DNA of 54,412 nucleotides, filler included, from Bipalium vagum (taxonomy: Eukaryota), in the NCBI GenBank assembly GCA_037834085.1. It is 3 parts of 3 records of this genome, joined end to end, with 100 filler letters (N's around TTAATTAATTAA, not from the genome) between each part and the next. Parts side by side here need not be neighbours in the genome. Positions count along the whole stretch, not along the records: positions 34,150 to 54,412 come from JBBMKC010256831.1; 2 more parts are not named here. One strand, written 5' to 3'. Made by a program: the position numbers and the translations under genes. Every line of letters starts with the position of its first letter. Positions within the stretch are counted from its first letter, which is position 1. Below, one piece after another: positions 35,601 to 49,700 of this stretch. The notes under the pieces are model-generated. The model worked only from the letters and a program-made list of their open reading frames with translations. It was not told where the DNA came from and searched no databases.

Positions 35601-37398
35601 GTTAAGATCCTAAGAGGGTGGTTAAAATGATGTTAAAATATGGAGCTGAGTGTAACTTAGGTCTCAACGGTTGAAGGTTGCGTAAGGTTATGTTCGTTTA
35701 AATTATTTAGACTGAAATAACGATGTAAGTTTAATATTTTTATTGAAATCGATTTAAAGTTTGACAAAACAACTATGTGACACCAATTCTGACCGATTAA
35801 TGAAAATTTATTAATTATAATTATTATTTAGAAAAACCCTCTCGCACTTAGGCTCATAGGTTCTCAGTAAAGAAAAACAAATATACTTCACCGCCTCACT
35901 TAGCGTGTGAAGTACAAACAAAAAAACAAAATAAATGAGAAATAGGAATTAAAAAATTACTTGATCTTCAGATCCTGGCCTGAATATTTAATTAATATTA
36001 ATTTATAATTTATATTAATTTATATATTTAATTTATATTAATTTTGTTAACTTAATTCATACTTTCACCATCTCTTATACTAATATCTGCTTCTGATGAA
36101 TGCTTAAGTTCAGTAATTATTTTCTTTGATAACCATTTCTTTCTTCATTAAAAATTATTTTTTTAGGTCTTCATATTACAATAAATTTGTGCAAGTTTTC
36201 TTCAGTTGACTCTTTCATTATTCTTTCTTTATTTTTTTGACAGAAAATTTAAGATTTTTTAAATGAAAATTTGAAAAAAAGTTTTAATAAGTATTTTCAA
36301 AATAAAATATATTTTATAAAAAGAAAAAAACGATAACATAAAAAGTTTATTTAGTGATGAACGTTATCATCATTCTTTAGGTACACATCTTAGTAATTCA
36401 TAAGGTTTTGTTCATAGATTTTTCTTTTCGAACATTTGGTTTTTCTGAAATGTGTGAAAATATAACCTCATATTTCCCTCTTCTTTCTCCTTTTATCATA
36501 TTTTCCAATTCTTATATTATATTTTTGGAGTTTTTGTTTTTTTTATGTTAACACTTTGCATATTTAAATAAATATTTTGAATATCATCTTTACTGATAAA
36601 AGAAGTTGAATTTGAATACTGTTCAATCTGTTCGATAGAGATGTTTAAATTCCTTTCACATTTTGAGATCCTCTCCATCATCTGAGCTTCATTATAAGGC
36701 ATGTTTACGTAATTTTATTCCAAAAAATAATCAATCAGACAACATTCAAGTAATCTAATTATAAAATATTTTTCCAATCATAGGTTACACAAAAAATCAA
36801 TTAATCTATCTGGTTTTTCATATTGTATTTTGCCGCTTTTATTATTTTCCGATGAAAAAAGTGGGGTAACGGTTATATTTGGAGGACTGCTCATATTTTT
36901 TTCCCGATTACTTAAAAAATCATAAAATATTTTAATATTTCAAATTTGTACAAAAGATACAGACATTTTAATCAAACACAGCTTAATCGTTTTCTTCTGC
37001 GACATCTGCGAAATAAGAAGATTTTGAAAACTGTCAATTAATTCCTGTGAATTGGATTTATCTTTGGTAAGGGGTCATAGTCTTTCATTTTTTATATTAT
37101 TTATATTTATATAATTAGAATTTATATTTACTACCGCTTCTATTTTTACAAGCCAAAAATACTCTTTTATTCTGGATACCGCTTATTAATAAGAAAAACA
37201 CGGTAGTAATAAATTTTCACAAATAACAATGCGATTCGTGAAGCCTCATAAATAAAAATATAATTTTTGAAATAATTTGTGAAAGTAAAAATAAAGTATA
37301 AAAAAAAGTTCTTAAAAACCGACTAAAACTTAAAAAATTAAATTGAATATCATTTGATAAAATAAATATGTTCTTTTCAATTTGTACCAATCTAAATA

Positions 37399-38055
37399 TT
37401 AGGTTGTTTTGAAATGAATGTCGGTTTTATAAATCTTTTTTATTTAATGTTAGTTTACCAAAATTTTGTGTTGTTTTAATATATTTTATATATCATTTTA
37501 AATCGTGAAATTTAAATTATATTTTGTAAGCATTTCGTAATTATTTAATTTTAAATAGCGTTATTATTAATGTTGTAAGGTAACATGGAAAATAATCAAT
37601 TACGTACTATTTATTTATGTGAATTTAGGCTGAGTCACAGAGCAGCAGAAGCAAGTCTGAACATCAACCTACCATTTGGCGAAGGAACGACTACCGAACT
37701 CCTCGTACAACATTGGTTCAAAAGATTTACCGAAGGAGACGAGACACTCGAAGATAAAATTGGTTGAGATCGAAGGCGTTCAATCAATAATGACGAATTG
37801 AAATCATTGGTGGAGGCGAATCCACGTACCACAGTTAGAGACCTAGAAAAAGAGTTAGGTGTAACAATTAGAACAATTTCGACCCATCTGAAAGAAATTG
37901 GGAAGTGGTAGTGGCATAAAGAAACTTGTGCCTCGTTAGACTAAATGTATTCAAGCTAATGGTGCATATTTTGCTTAATAAACTTTAGTCTTAATTGAAA
38001 ATTTTTACTTTAAAAGTTAAAAATCAAAAAACGACATTCATTCTAAATAACTTAA
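37399..38055 (+). mobile_element. Internally deleted mariner (cecropia-like)
   Basis: TA-flanked TIRs ttaggttgttttgaaatgaatgtcg / cgacattcattctaaataacttaa. HTH MENNQLRTIYLCEFRLSHRAAEA...HWFKRF; the DDD core is deleted. Confidence 0.88.
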
Positions 38056-38089
38056 TAAATATTATTTTAATATTAAATATTACAATAAA

Positions 38090-38800
38090 AATCGTAGAAA
38101 TGTCATTATACGTATTTTAACCATGTGTTAAATCAGAATTAACACTTTCTATTATTAATTTAGATAAATAAAGAAACCTTATTTTTTGTCTATTTAATAG
38201 ATAAAAGACAATCTTTAATTTCGTGTTTATTTAAAAACTACTTTTCTGTAACCCATTCTCATAAAATCTAACTAATATTTTTCACCATTGTTTTGTATAA
38301 TTTCACATATTGTACAATTGGTGAAGTAAAACGGGTTTCATTTATAATAAATATTTCTTTTGTGTATTTGCTGTGTATCCTTTTTCAAATTTATTTCTAT
38401 ATTTAAAAAGTCTTACATGATCTCCCATATTAAATTTTGGTTTTAAGGTTAATAGAGAAACATGAGGAGTTTTATCAGTTGTGATAGATTTTAGTTTTGC
38501 AGGATTTTTAGATACTTCTTGAGAAGAAATACCAATTGATGAGTAAATTTATTATTATAATAAAAATTAATTAAATTTAGTAAAAGATTTAACCATTTTC
38601 TATTACCTTTTTTTATTAATTTTTTGAAAATTATATTTTTTAATATTTTATAAGATCTCATCTTTTTTATTATTTCCCCTCATTCTCTGTTGAGTAAATT
38701 TCTATTTCATTTTTTTCAAAAAATATAAAAATGTTTAATTATAAAATTTTGTACCCTTATCATCCCAAGGATGATTTTGAGGAAATCCTTGATGAGGAAA
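38090..38800 (-). mobile_element. Polinton/Maverick-type rve integrase remnant
   Basis: WDDKGTKFYN, EIYSTENE, and KPKFNMGDHVRLFKYRNKFEKGYTA..TKEIFII...TSP match the Maverick integrase motifs TDKGKEFYN / YSTxNE / KFKVGDxVRIxxxKxxFEKGYxxNW. Confidence 0.75.
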
Positions 38801-38819
38801 TCCTACACCTAATATATAA

Positions 38820-39030
38820 CATTTACGTTTACAAACAAAGAGGAAGACCTACAAGAAAGGAAAATGGATATCTTTCGAGTTTCCGTTGAGAAACATTAAA
38901 AGATACTTGCAAAAGTTTGTTTGCTGGTCAAAGAAAAATATATTCTGGCATCAAATTGTTACCAGTGATGAAAAAATGGCTTATTTTGATAACTCTTAAT
39001 ACAGAAAAACAATTTGCAACTCCGGCGACT
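38820..39030 (+). mobile_element. Mariner fragment
   Basis: GKW...HQIVTSDEK..YFDN. Confidence 0.6.
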
Positions 39031-39724
39031 ATTATTTAAATTATTATTTCCATCATGTTTTGTGCCTTTGGCCAACCCAACAGGTTTCTAGCGATTTTAG
39101 AATTACCACCAGTATTTCATTTAAGCTAAGTGAAAAGACAATTTTTTCCACATCCAACCCAATTGGAAAGAAAATTAGAGAAGTTTCGTACAGACATCTG
39201 TTGCCAGTATACCCTTCGCCATATATCAGAAAACGTCATTGACTTGTTTAAAATTTTGTTTGTCAAGAATTACTTCACATTTTGAATAAATTATGAAAAC
39301 AATTATTTATTATTTTATTAAAATATATAATTTTTAAAAATATATTTTAACAGTTTATTAGAGCTTTTCTTAACATTGTATATAATACATTATATTTTCT
39401 TATGCACATTAATACTGTTTAATATTATTTCAACTCTTAATATTAACTTATAGTCAATAGTGTTACATCCTGTGTAGGTGTTCATTATATACATTAACAT
39501 ATGTAATATATAAGCATGTATAATTTTAATTTAAATGTCACCACAATCTTATATGAGACATAATATTTGAAAGGAAAACCCTTAAATATTTATCTCTCTA
39601 TATATAATAAATAGTTTGTATTAAATACTGTAGTATTTTGTTTTTAAGAATATTTTAGACTTTGTTTTTATTCTATTTTAATAAAATAATAATAATTTCC
39701 TTAAATATATATAAATATGTATAT

Positions 39725-40960
39725 AAGGGGTACAAATAAAAAATGCTGTTTTATTTGAAATAGATTTAGTGAGATATTGAAATACAATTGTGAATTGAAG
39801 TATAAATCGATTTGTTTGAATAATATCTGATCAGTAGGCTAATCTTTTAAATTTTCTTAATATGTTAATAATTTCAAAATTTTTAGATCTAAATAAGAAT
39901 TAAACCTTTAGACCAAACAAAGGACACTTGCGGGAAGTTTTCATACATTACTTCATGATGAACAAAACTGCCGCAGAATATTATGCAATCTTTATGGAAA
40001 ACATGTAGTATCTCAGGACACATACGAGAGTTGGTTTCACCGTTTTCGAAGTAATGATTTCAGTGTAAAGGTTAAAGAACCCCCAGGCCGTCCTTCAAAA
40101 TTTGAAAACCACGAATTACACAATTTATTGGATGATTATGCCTGTAAATCGCAAAATCAACTTGCCATAAGATTATGTGTTACCTAGCAAGATTTTAAAT
40201 GAAGGAAAATGGATGCCTCATCAACTGAATGAAAGATAACTCGAAAACCGTAAAGTATTCAGTGACATGCCCTTATAATAGCACGAAAAAAGGCTTTCTT
40301 CCATTGACTATTGATAAAAAAAATGAGATTTATTTTGAAAATTCCAAACGTAAGAAAGCATGGATCAACCCAGCTCAATCAATCAGAACAATTTGCATGA
40401 CCAGACTGCATCGGAAGGAAAACAATTTTGTGCGTTTGGTGGGATCAGCAAGGCATGGTGTACAATGGGCTTCTCAAACCAGGTGAAAGTGTTTATTCGA
40501 AGAGATACCAAAACAAAATAGCCCAGCTGAATCAGTCTTTAATAGTTAAACGTCCAGAATGGATCAAAAAACATGGAAAAGTAGTTCTTCTACATGACAA
40601 CGCAATGCCTCACACTTCTAAAGCAGTTAAAAGCATGTTAAAAGATGTGAAATGGAAAATACTTACCCACCCGCCGTATTGAAAAGATCTTGCGCCTTCT
40701 GCTTTTTTCCTGTTCCGTTCAATGACACATGGATTTGCTGAGCAGCACTTCAAATCGTACGTATATGTCCAAAATTGGTTCTCTGGATGATTCGCCTAGA
40801 AACCAGAAAAGATCTTTTAGGATGGCCTCCATAAATTGACTGTAAGATGGAAGAAATGTTGGATAACAAAAGTCATTATTTTGAATAAATTTATTTTTGT
40901 TTCGAAATTACCATGCTTCGATTATTAAACAAATTCCCCGTTATTTATTTATACCCATAA
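39725..40960 (+). mobile_element. Mos1-like mariner, defective
   Basis: EGKWMPHQL, CVWWDQQGMVYNGLLKPGESV, LLHDNAMPH and HPPY*KDLAPS. Degenerate TIRs ggggtacaaataaa / tttatttatacccat. Confidence 0.88.
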
Positions 40961-41624
40961 TAGTATACCAAAAACTAATATTACTAAATATCTTTCGAAC
41001 TTTATATCACTTCTTCTTCAGTCGTTAATATATGATATTAAGCATTTAAATGCATTAAATTATGGTATAATTTTTAATTAATATTAATTAATTAACTATT
41101 ATAAATAATAATTATGATTGTTTTTAAAAAAATTAATTTCAAGTAACCAGAATTTGTTAAAATATTTTAATTAAATATAATTTTTAATTAAAATATTTAT
41201 AAAATTCTTGTTAAAATTATTATTATTCATTTTAAGATAATTATTATACATATTATAACTATATTTNNNNNNNNNNNNNNNNNNNNNNNNNNNNNNNNNN
41301 NNNNNNNNNNNNNNNNNNNNNNNNNNNNNNNNNNNNNNNNNNNNNNNNNNNNNNNNNNNNNNNNNNNNNNNNNNNNNNNNNNNNNNNNNNNNNNNNNNNA
41401 TACAATATTTTTAATACATTATACTATCAATTAATGAATTAAAATGTATGATAGATTAAATATAGAGCTATAAAATTTATAGTGTCCAATCAAAAGGATA
41501 ATAAATTTGAAATAAATCGATATATTAATTAGTTAATAAATAACTGACCAATGAAAGCAGTTTGCGAAAATAATATATAATATTTATATATATAAGTGGA
41601 TTATGTACAATTTTATTTATATCA

Positions 41625-44600
41625 ATGTTTATCGGTAAAAGCCATTTGATTTCAACGGGTATATTTTAACTTTAAAAGACCTTTCTGAACTCAATATTTC
41701 AGTTTTGGTCAATTGTTTTCTTCTTTGGTCCTGCAACTACATTTATGAGAAAATAAATATCGAAGTTGAAAAGCTCAAGAACATCAGCTTTACACTATAC
41801 ATTCTTAATTCGCCTGGTATAATACTATACGTTACCGATTGCCAAAAATACAAATCCGTCATCGAAATCAAAGAAAACGGTGGGGAAAACTATTTCCGAT
41901 TAATTGGCAAGACCAAGATTTATTCAATGAAAATGGAAAGGTTATGTTAGTAAAACATTTCGATGTTGCATTTGATAAGGGTTTTTAAGGCAACCTTCAC
42001 TATTGTCCAATCAATTATCTCAATTTATCCATACATATACAAAGGAGATCTCTGGATATCGTTTGTAACAGGAAAAGGAACATTCTTACCGAAGGGAATA
42101 AAGTTAACACGACATGTTTATTTTATTACTTTTCTGTTATGATTATAAATATTAATATATAAAATATAATATTATATTTCGAAAAAGAAAAAAATATTTG
42201 GACCTCAAAATATGTTATACATTATCGCTTATGTGGAAGAACATCCGTTTCCATTTCATCTAGTAAACGGTACGAATCAAAAATGACAAAGCTTCGATTA
42301 CAAAAACACCCTAGTAATATCAGAATTAAACTCTGAAATGGTCACAATTATGAAGTTGCAATCACTTTTTGGAGTTTTTCAAAGAGAAATGTTACCATTG
42401 TTACCACTGTCCAAGTAAATTGATTTGATCATGTATGATTGATCATTCTATTCTTTAATGAGATTGATGTATTACACAAATACCTGCAGTGACTGTAACT
42501 CACTTATTTCTCCAAATGATAATAATACTTTGCATTCCTTGTTATCAGGTTTTTGTAGATTTCTCAGGATTTTACAAAACACCTTTAGAGCATTAAGGTG
42601 TTAGAGATTAATTGCTGCAAGGATTGATTTGAGCGAATAAAAATGCATTAGGTGATTGTGAATATTTTGAATAGCAATAATGTCATTTAATAACAAACAT
42701 GTGTACTTTTGTTATTGTGAAAACATTTCGAATTTTTCGACTAATACATATTGAGTAAATAATTTAAACCAATAATAAATGTTTAATTAACTTTTTTATA
42801 TATTATCTATTTATTGATTATATAATTAATAATTTTATTTTTTATAGAATTTTAATTAATTATTTTCTTTATTAATATTGTTTTATTGATTTCATCTTAA
42901 TACTTAAGTGCATAGTAAATATAATTTTAATTTTAATTTAAATCTATGATGTCATTTTTTATTATTTAAACAAAATTTCAAAAAATTTTTTGAATTTAAC
43001 AGGTAACTTTAATTCAAAAAAATTTTAAAAAGTGTTAAAATTTTAAAGTATACAGGTTTTCAATTAACACAGGTGACAATAACTTATATTTACAGTGTAC
43101 GGAATTAAATGTTCAAATAAAAGAGGTGTTCAGATAACAAAGGTGTTCATTTATGCAGGTTTCACTGTATTAGATAATTTATTTTTAATAACTCCATTAT
43201 TCATTTATTTTAATTTTATTTATTATTATTATGATTATATATATTTTGTTTTAATAACTTAATTTTATTAAAAAAATAACACGAAATATCCGACATAGAT
43301 GAATTTGCCGAATTTCCACAGCATTATTCTCTCTTCCAAAAGACCTTGCATTTTTGGATTGGCAATATTGGCTCAGTCGAAGGATTCTATAAATTAATAA
43401 ACGAGTCCTTTAAAAGGCAAATCATTGGCTGTCTCGACACATTCTTTGTTAATGGTAAAGAAATCTACCTTAAAAAGGCCCCAGGTTACTTTTCTTCACA
43501 CTGCGACCATTCCTATGTGACCCATACAATAAATACAAAATCTTGTTCCAGGTATTGGCATAATTTCACCTGTCAATTTTATAAAGTCGAAGAAAGTCAA
43601 GAAGTTTTGAAAAAGGGTTAGGAATATATTTGTTATATTAAATTATTTATTAACATTTTCCCTTTATAAATTCCGTTACCCTTAACTCGGTATATAAAAA
43701 ATTAATAGTTTTTTGAAATTATAAAGAAAGTTTTAAAAATTATTTTTCAAAAAAAATTAACATTTCAAATATTGATAATAATAATATTATTTTATATTAT
43801 TATTATCTATTATTCTATCATTATTATACTATTATCATTACACCATTATTATTATACTATTATTTAAAGTTAAAATATGAAAATTAATTTATCTGGCCTA
43901 TAATATTATTAATTAAAGAAATAATATAATATTTTAATTAATAAAATATTTACGTTTTAATAATATATCATTTTATACAGAAATATTTATAAAGAAAGAA
44001 AATTTCTAAAATAACTCAATTTTCATTTAAAATTCATAAAAAATATGTCTAAATATATTTTTAGCCCAATGATTCAATAAATATAATATGCTGTACGGAA
44101 ATTTAACGAACCAATTATCATTAATTATAAACAATTTGATTGGTTGTCATGAAAATTAATTTAGTCAAACAATTTTCACATGACCCACCAACAGTTAATT
44201 ATATTATTACAGATTTGTCTTTGTACAAAAATACAAATCTCTCCTTTCTGAGAAATGGTTCAGACGAAGACTTTATCTTCTTGAAGTTGACTTGGAAGCA
44301 GTTTTCCATAGACAATTACTGCCTCATGGAATTGAAATTCCGGTAAAATTTTATCTAAAAAATATTTTTCAATTCACTCTTAGGAATACGTCTTTCATTT
44401 TTCACGTCTTTCAGTTGCACGTAGAGATGGTACTCTTGAGGAGGAACGATAGTACAATTCTCGAACGAATATTACTGCACAAAATATCAAATAATTCCTT
44501 AAATGAACTGTCCGTTAATTTGAGTAATGGTAGTCTTGTTGGCCTCAGAGTATGAAAACCATAAACATTGTTCATGTTAACCGAAACGATTATTGTAGGT

Positions 44601-44716
44601 CACGGACAGAAGGTTCCTGACGGAATGTCAACATATCATAGACGAAGAATTGGAATTGTTGAGGATTGGGTTTGTGGAGCACGAAAATAATTGCAAAGCT
44701 TTTTCTGGAGAAATGA
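41625..44716 (+). CDS. Predicted multi-exon secreted/surface glycoprotein with divergent laminin-G-like domains (paralogue 1; 3' end uncertain)
   Basis: Predicted exons are 41625-41658, 41703-41945, 41990-42115, 43299-43616, 44213-44342, 44384-44549 and 44599 to about 44716. All junctions are GT-AG and phase-compatible (micro-introns of 44, 44, 41 and 49 nt). The N-terminus is signal-like (MFIGKSHLISTVLVNCFLLWSC). It has FWIGN...IIGCLDTFFVNG and LRIGF...FSGEM motifs and many NxS/T sequons. Confidence 0.72.
42990..43168 (+). mobile_element. pogo/Tigger-type right terminus in intron 3 of paralogue 1
   Basis: Subterminal acaggt/agaggt repeats ending caggtttcactg-TA. Confidence 0.55.
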
Positions 44717-45149
44717 GCTAATTTTAATTCCTTTTTTGTACAATATCAGTTTTTTTAGGTTTCAAATATGACATTTCTCAGTTTAGATTGAGTGGGCCAG
44801 GACAACGTGGAAATGTAAATTTTGTTTATTATGATTTTTAGTGACTGCCACGGTATCTGTATTGATTCAATTCATTAAGTTTATGGTAATTGAGTAGTTT
44901 AAAAGTGCTTCCCTTTATTTAATATTTAAACAAATCAATCTTTTATTTTAATATTTATATAATTATTTTTAAAATTTATTTAACTTTTAACTGACGATTG
45001 TGTTAAATTCATTACTTGAAAATTTATTTATTCCTTTATATTATTGATTTGCAAAACCAATTTGGGTTAAAAAACAAGGTTGATCACAAGTAATGAGCTG
45101 AAAAACGAAGGAGAAATACATAACAACCAAACATGATAATATGAACTTA

Positions 45150-45720
45150 TTAGGTTGTAAAGAAATTAATGACGGTTTATGAAACTTAATTTTTGCAGTA
45201 TGAATTAATAAAGGAAAATTTGTTTTATTAATATAAATTTGTTTTCATATTGAAGCGTACATTTCAAAAAAGGTATTTCAACAAAATAATTTAATAAATA
45301 ATTAATATTTATAATTTTGTAGGCATTTGAATAATGATTGACGACTTCCAAATTAGAGCACTTTTCTTATATGAATTCAAAATGGGTGGTCATGCTGCAA
45401 AAACCGCTCGAAATATCGTTCGCATTTTTGGAGAAGGTACCACTAGCGAACGTAGCGCTCAACGCTGGTTCCAGAGTTTTAAGGATGGAGATGAAGACAT
45501 TCAAGATAAAGATGGTCGTGGGCGAAGATCTTCCATCTCCAATGAAGATTTGAAACCACTGGTTGAGAGTGATCCACGTACCACTGTTCGAGAAATTAGT
45601 CGTAAGGTATGCGTTTCAGCTATGACTGTTTTGAACCATCTTTGCCAAATAGGAAAGTCAAAGAAATTGGACAAATGGATTCCGCACAATTTAATAAAAC
45701 TCAAAATTCTAATAAAATAA
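45150..45720 (+). mobile_element. 5' half of a mariner (cecropia-like)
   Basis: TA-ttaggttgtaaagaaatt TIR. ORF MIDDFQIRALFLYEFKMG...RWFQSFKDGD...KKLDKWIPHNL, then truncated. Confidence 0.88.
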
Positions 45721-46049
45721 CCAATTAAAATAAGACAGTAAATTTATATTTTAAATAATTCTTCATTCTTTAAATATTTGTCCATTAGCTGAGACAAGAT
45801 TCCAATTCAGTTCCATAAATTCCCCCTCAGCCATTTTGACTTATCTTTTTAAAGTTCACAGATGGAATTATTACTCTGGGTATTTGCATCAGTTTCCTTA
45901 TTAACAGAATTATCCTTAATTCACAGTACGATGTTGATAATTCTTGTCATTGGACAATTTACAACAGGCCTTCCACTCATCACTCATCATATATGAACGC
46001 TCTTTTACTAAAAATCTTATAAAAATTACGCAAAAAACAAATTTATTTA

Positions 46050-46580
46050 ATTATTAAAACAGTCAAATTCCTCATCCGATCTCGCCTTAAAGTTATCAAA
46101 CAAATCATATATAGAACCTGCAATGTCACACTCGGTCTCATGTTCAGATCCATCACTATCCTTGTCTTGAGATATCACAGTTGTTTGTATTTCGTGTGGA
46201 TATTTGCATATTTGACGGCTATTAATCCATTAATGCAATCTAGTGTTACTTCTTTCCAACTTTCGTCGATCCGTTGGCATATTTCATCGTAAGAAGCACT
46301 TTTCATTGATCCAGACTTGATAAAGTTATGATATCCATTGACCACCCAATCTTCCCATTTCGCAAGTATTTTTTCTTTTTTAAATCTATTGACGCTTAGT
46401 TCCCATGACTTCAATTTGCTTGTGAATATGTTTTCACCTTTTCTTTGATTTCTTTTGGTACATGAGGTTTTGCAGATTCATAAATTGCCATATTTGTTGG
46501 CATGGTTTACCGCTTCTAGTTTTCGATGACCTGAATAAGATTTTTGAGTTTTATTTGTATCCATTGCTATCCATTGCATC
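46050..46580 (-). mobile_element. pogo-family transposase C-terminal remnant
   Basis: SVNRFK...WEDWVVNGYHNFIKSGSMKSASYDEICQRIDESWKEV, followed by an acidic tail. Confidence 0.7.
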
Positions 46581-48579
46581 CATTTGGAAATTATATTGAT
46601 TTAATATTCCAACAAATGTGATTAAAAGTGATATGCATTAATTTTTATAAAAATTCATGTTACGGCTTATGCATGAGTTCGGCAGATAAGCAAGAGTTTG
46701 CGATAATAGGTAATAGAGTTGAACTACGTCTATCTTTAACTGGTATATTTTTATCGATTATCATTAATGACGATTATTTATATAACTGTAATTGGTCAGA
46801 TTACAAATTTGATTACATAATTGAGTTAGATTAAAAACATGACATACAAAATTAAAAGAAATTGCAAAAATAACGAAGCTAAATGTATGTAAGAGAACCA
46901 CCCAGTTGCTTCTAGACGAAATTGGTGTCCGACAGCTGTAGCAGGTTCGTTCTGAAATTTCTAACAGCCGAGATGACAGCTAAACAAAAAATGGCTTGTG
47001 AAAGGAATCTTAGTTTTCTGGATGTTGTTGGACCAATTTTTTATGGAATATCATAACTACAGACGAGACATGAGACCTATACATGAATATGTATTGTTAA
47101 TGAAAACTTTGTTTAGTGATCTTCATTTTTCTCGTACAATCTAAGTACCTTTTAGCCTTACCACGTATCTAACATTATTAAAATTTTAATTTTCGATGAA
47201 TTATAATATTTTTTAATGAACTTAGTTGACCCAACCTGTAAATGTGAAGGAAAATTTCAATTGGAAATTATTGGTTTTGGTTCCTTCCTCAATCACCATT
47301 GTCTTGGCAATGGTCATCTTTATTTCGTACAAAGCTTCAAAGGTAAACCGTTCTAAAATGTAGTACTTTTTTCCAATTTTTTAAAAAATTTAAAATGCTT
47401 TTAGAAATATTTATGAAATTCAACCCATTCCGCCACAATCTCAATTCGAAGACTCTCCGTACTATGAATATATAGATTGAAATGTCTTCTTTTCCTCCTT
47501 CGTTCGTTATTCATAATATTATGAATTTATTGTCACAAATATGCTTAAGGATACCGCAACATTTTGTAAAAATTGCATCATGCAGGATGATTATTAAGAA
47601 AGTCCAGACATATTTATTAATAAATTATTTTATTTACTGTTTAATTCCACAAAGCCCGGTCAAAGATTTCTCTTAGGTTAACGGAAAATGAAGAACGGTT
47701 TCTCACAATCTTCGTAACGTAACCGACAAGCGCTGAAGCATGTCATCCTTTCATTTCTCTCTCAAAAGGAATGTCAACATGATTTTCTTCGCGATGTAAA
47801 TTATAAGAAGAATGCATTTTCTCGGGAACAACGTCTTTTTCATTAGAAACCATAACATCACCCTTATATTATGTAAGAAATGGCTTACTAATAATAATTA
47901 TTAACTGGTGATATGTGAAGAATAATAAAAGAATATATGCAAAATAAAAATAGAAAATTTCGTAAACTGAAATAATGTTAAATGTAAAATAAAAATAAAA
48001 TAAATTAAATAATAATAAAAAAATTAATTTTTAAAAAGATAATAAAATTAAGAATAATAGCAATAATAATAAATAATAATAATAATAATAAATTAAATTA
48101 AATAAAGATGATAAACTGAAGAATAATCAAAATAATAAGAAATAATTTTTAAAAAATAATTAATATAATAAGAATAATTATAAAAATAATTTAAATAATT
48201 AAAAAAAAATAATGATAATAATATTATTATTATTTGTAAATAAATTAAATAATGATAATATATTAATTAATTATTAAATAAATAATAATAATATAGCATA
48301 ATAAAATAATACAAAAGTATAAACTTAAAATAAGTATGAAATAAAAAAGAAGAAATAAAATATGAATGTAACGAGTAAAAGGTACAGTTTTAGTACATTT
48401 ATTTTAATTTAATATTAACTAGAAATAGTTTTAAAATATTTAGAATAAAAGAATATTAAAAGATTAATATTACTGGTTGAAAATAAATATAAATTATTGA
48501 AGAAAAAATCTTTTTAAAAAAAGTTATTTGCAGATTTAATTTTTTGTTTCACAAATTATTATTTCACGAAGCAAACTTA

Positions 48580-49700
48580 GTAATTTCATAAGAACCTTCT
48601 TATTGGAATTATGTTTCTTTCTTCGTTGTGGTTCGATTTTAATTGACGCATTATTATCAATTTCAAATTCTCTGCGGTCTCGTTGATAAACTTGACTTTT
48701 ATCTCAATGCATTTCCATTTTTGCTGCATCAAAGCACTCTTTAAATTTTTTCCTCTATCTGTTAAAATGCTCATAGGTCTACAATTTTATAAATCCAGTT
48801 ATTCAGGATGGCCTTGAAAATAGATTGGTTATCATTCTTGTAGGCGCACTTAGACTCACCAATTTGCCAAAACGATCGATGATGACGATTAAGTACTTGT
48901 ATAAATCTGATAATCTTGACAAGCCTTCAGCATTACTGTGGTCTTCTCCTTTCTGTACTTTAATTCAAAGTTACATTCCGACAGATTATCCAGCCAAGCT
49001 TGAAATTGCAAATTAATCGGATTTTTTGTAGAATGCATAAAACGCAAGCTTTATGATCTGTATGAGCAATGAAACGTTCACAGTACGAATATTGTTTGAA
49101 ATGAAGAACAAATTCATACAGTGCTAATAGCTCTTTTCTGCTTTCACAATATTCCAGCTCATTAGTTGATAAATGTTGAGACCCATAAGCATAATCACAT
49201 CCGTCCTGTTTTCCTTAATCTGACTAAAGACTGTTCGAATACCTCCAAACTTGCATCAGCGTCAAGAACAAATACTGGATTTTTTCAAAGAAAATCTAGA
49301 ACTGAAGCTTTGCACAACTTATCCTCCATTCCTGAAAATTCTTCTGATATTTTTCAGTCCATTAAAACTGCGATCCACCGCTGATATAGCTGCGTATAAT
49401 GAAGCCGCTATGATAGCATATTTATCTATGAAACGTCGATAAAAATTAGTCAAACCTAAATATGGTCGCAGCTGGGCAAGAAATCCTGGTTGTTCATTTT
49501 GTTTGTCCAGTACTACTGACAGTGTGACCCAAAACAAAAGTTCCCATTGATGGAATTTGTATTTAGATGGATTGTGTTTTAGTCCAGAGTTTGCAATGCG
49601 ACGAGAAACGTCTTCCATAATCATGTGTTCTTTCTCCGAAGAGCTATGAATCAAGATATCCAATAACTCAATTGAAAAGTAGACCCTCTAATAATACCTT
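48580..49700 (-). mobile_element. Degraded Ty3/Gypsy pol (RT-RNaseH-integrase order)
   Basis: QLRPYLGLTNFYRRFIDKYAIIAASL, ADAS, YLIVIIDRFGK and ILTDRGKN. Confidence 0.78.

Noticed and set aside
45334-45720. Possible SETMAR-like host gene
   Set aside because: No SET domain or splice context. It is preceded by a mariner TIR and truncated after WIPHNL, so it is an ordinary transposon fragment.
47210-47870. Possible additional integrase or transposase remnant (similar vague pieces at about 5000-5480, 20470-20740, 22510-22800, 42200-42780 and 49790-50080)
   Set aside because: Too degraded to assign to a family from motifs alone.
47930-48360. A/T-only array that might be a structured repeat or CRISPR-like locus
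   Set aside because: Irregular AAT low-complexity sequence with no constant repeat-spacer period, in a eukaryotic context.
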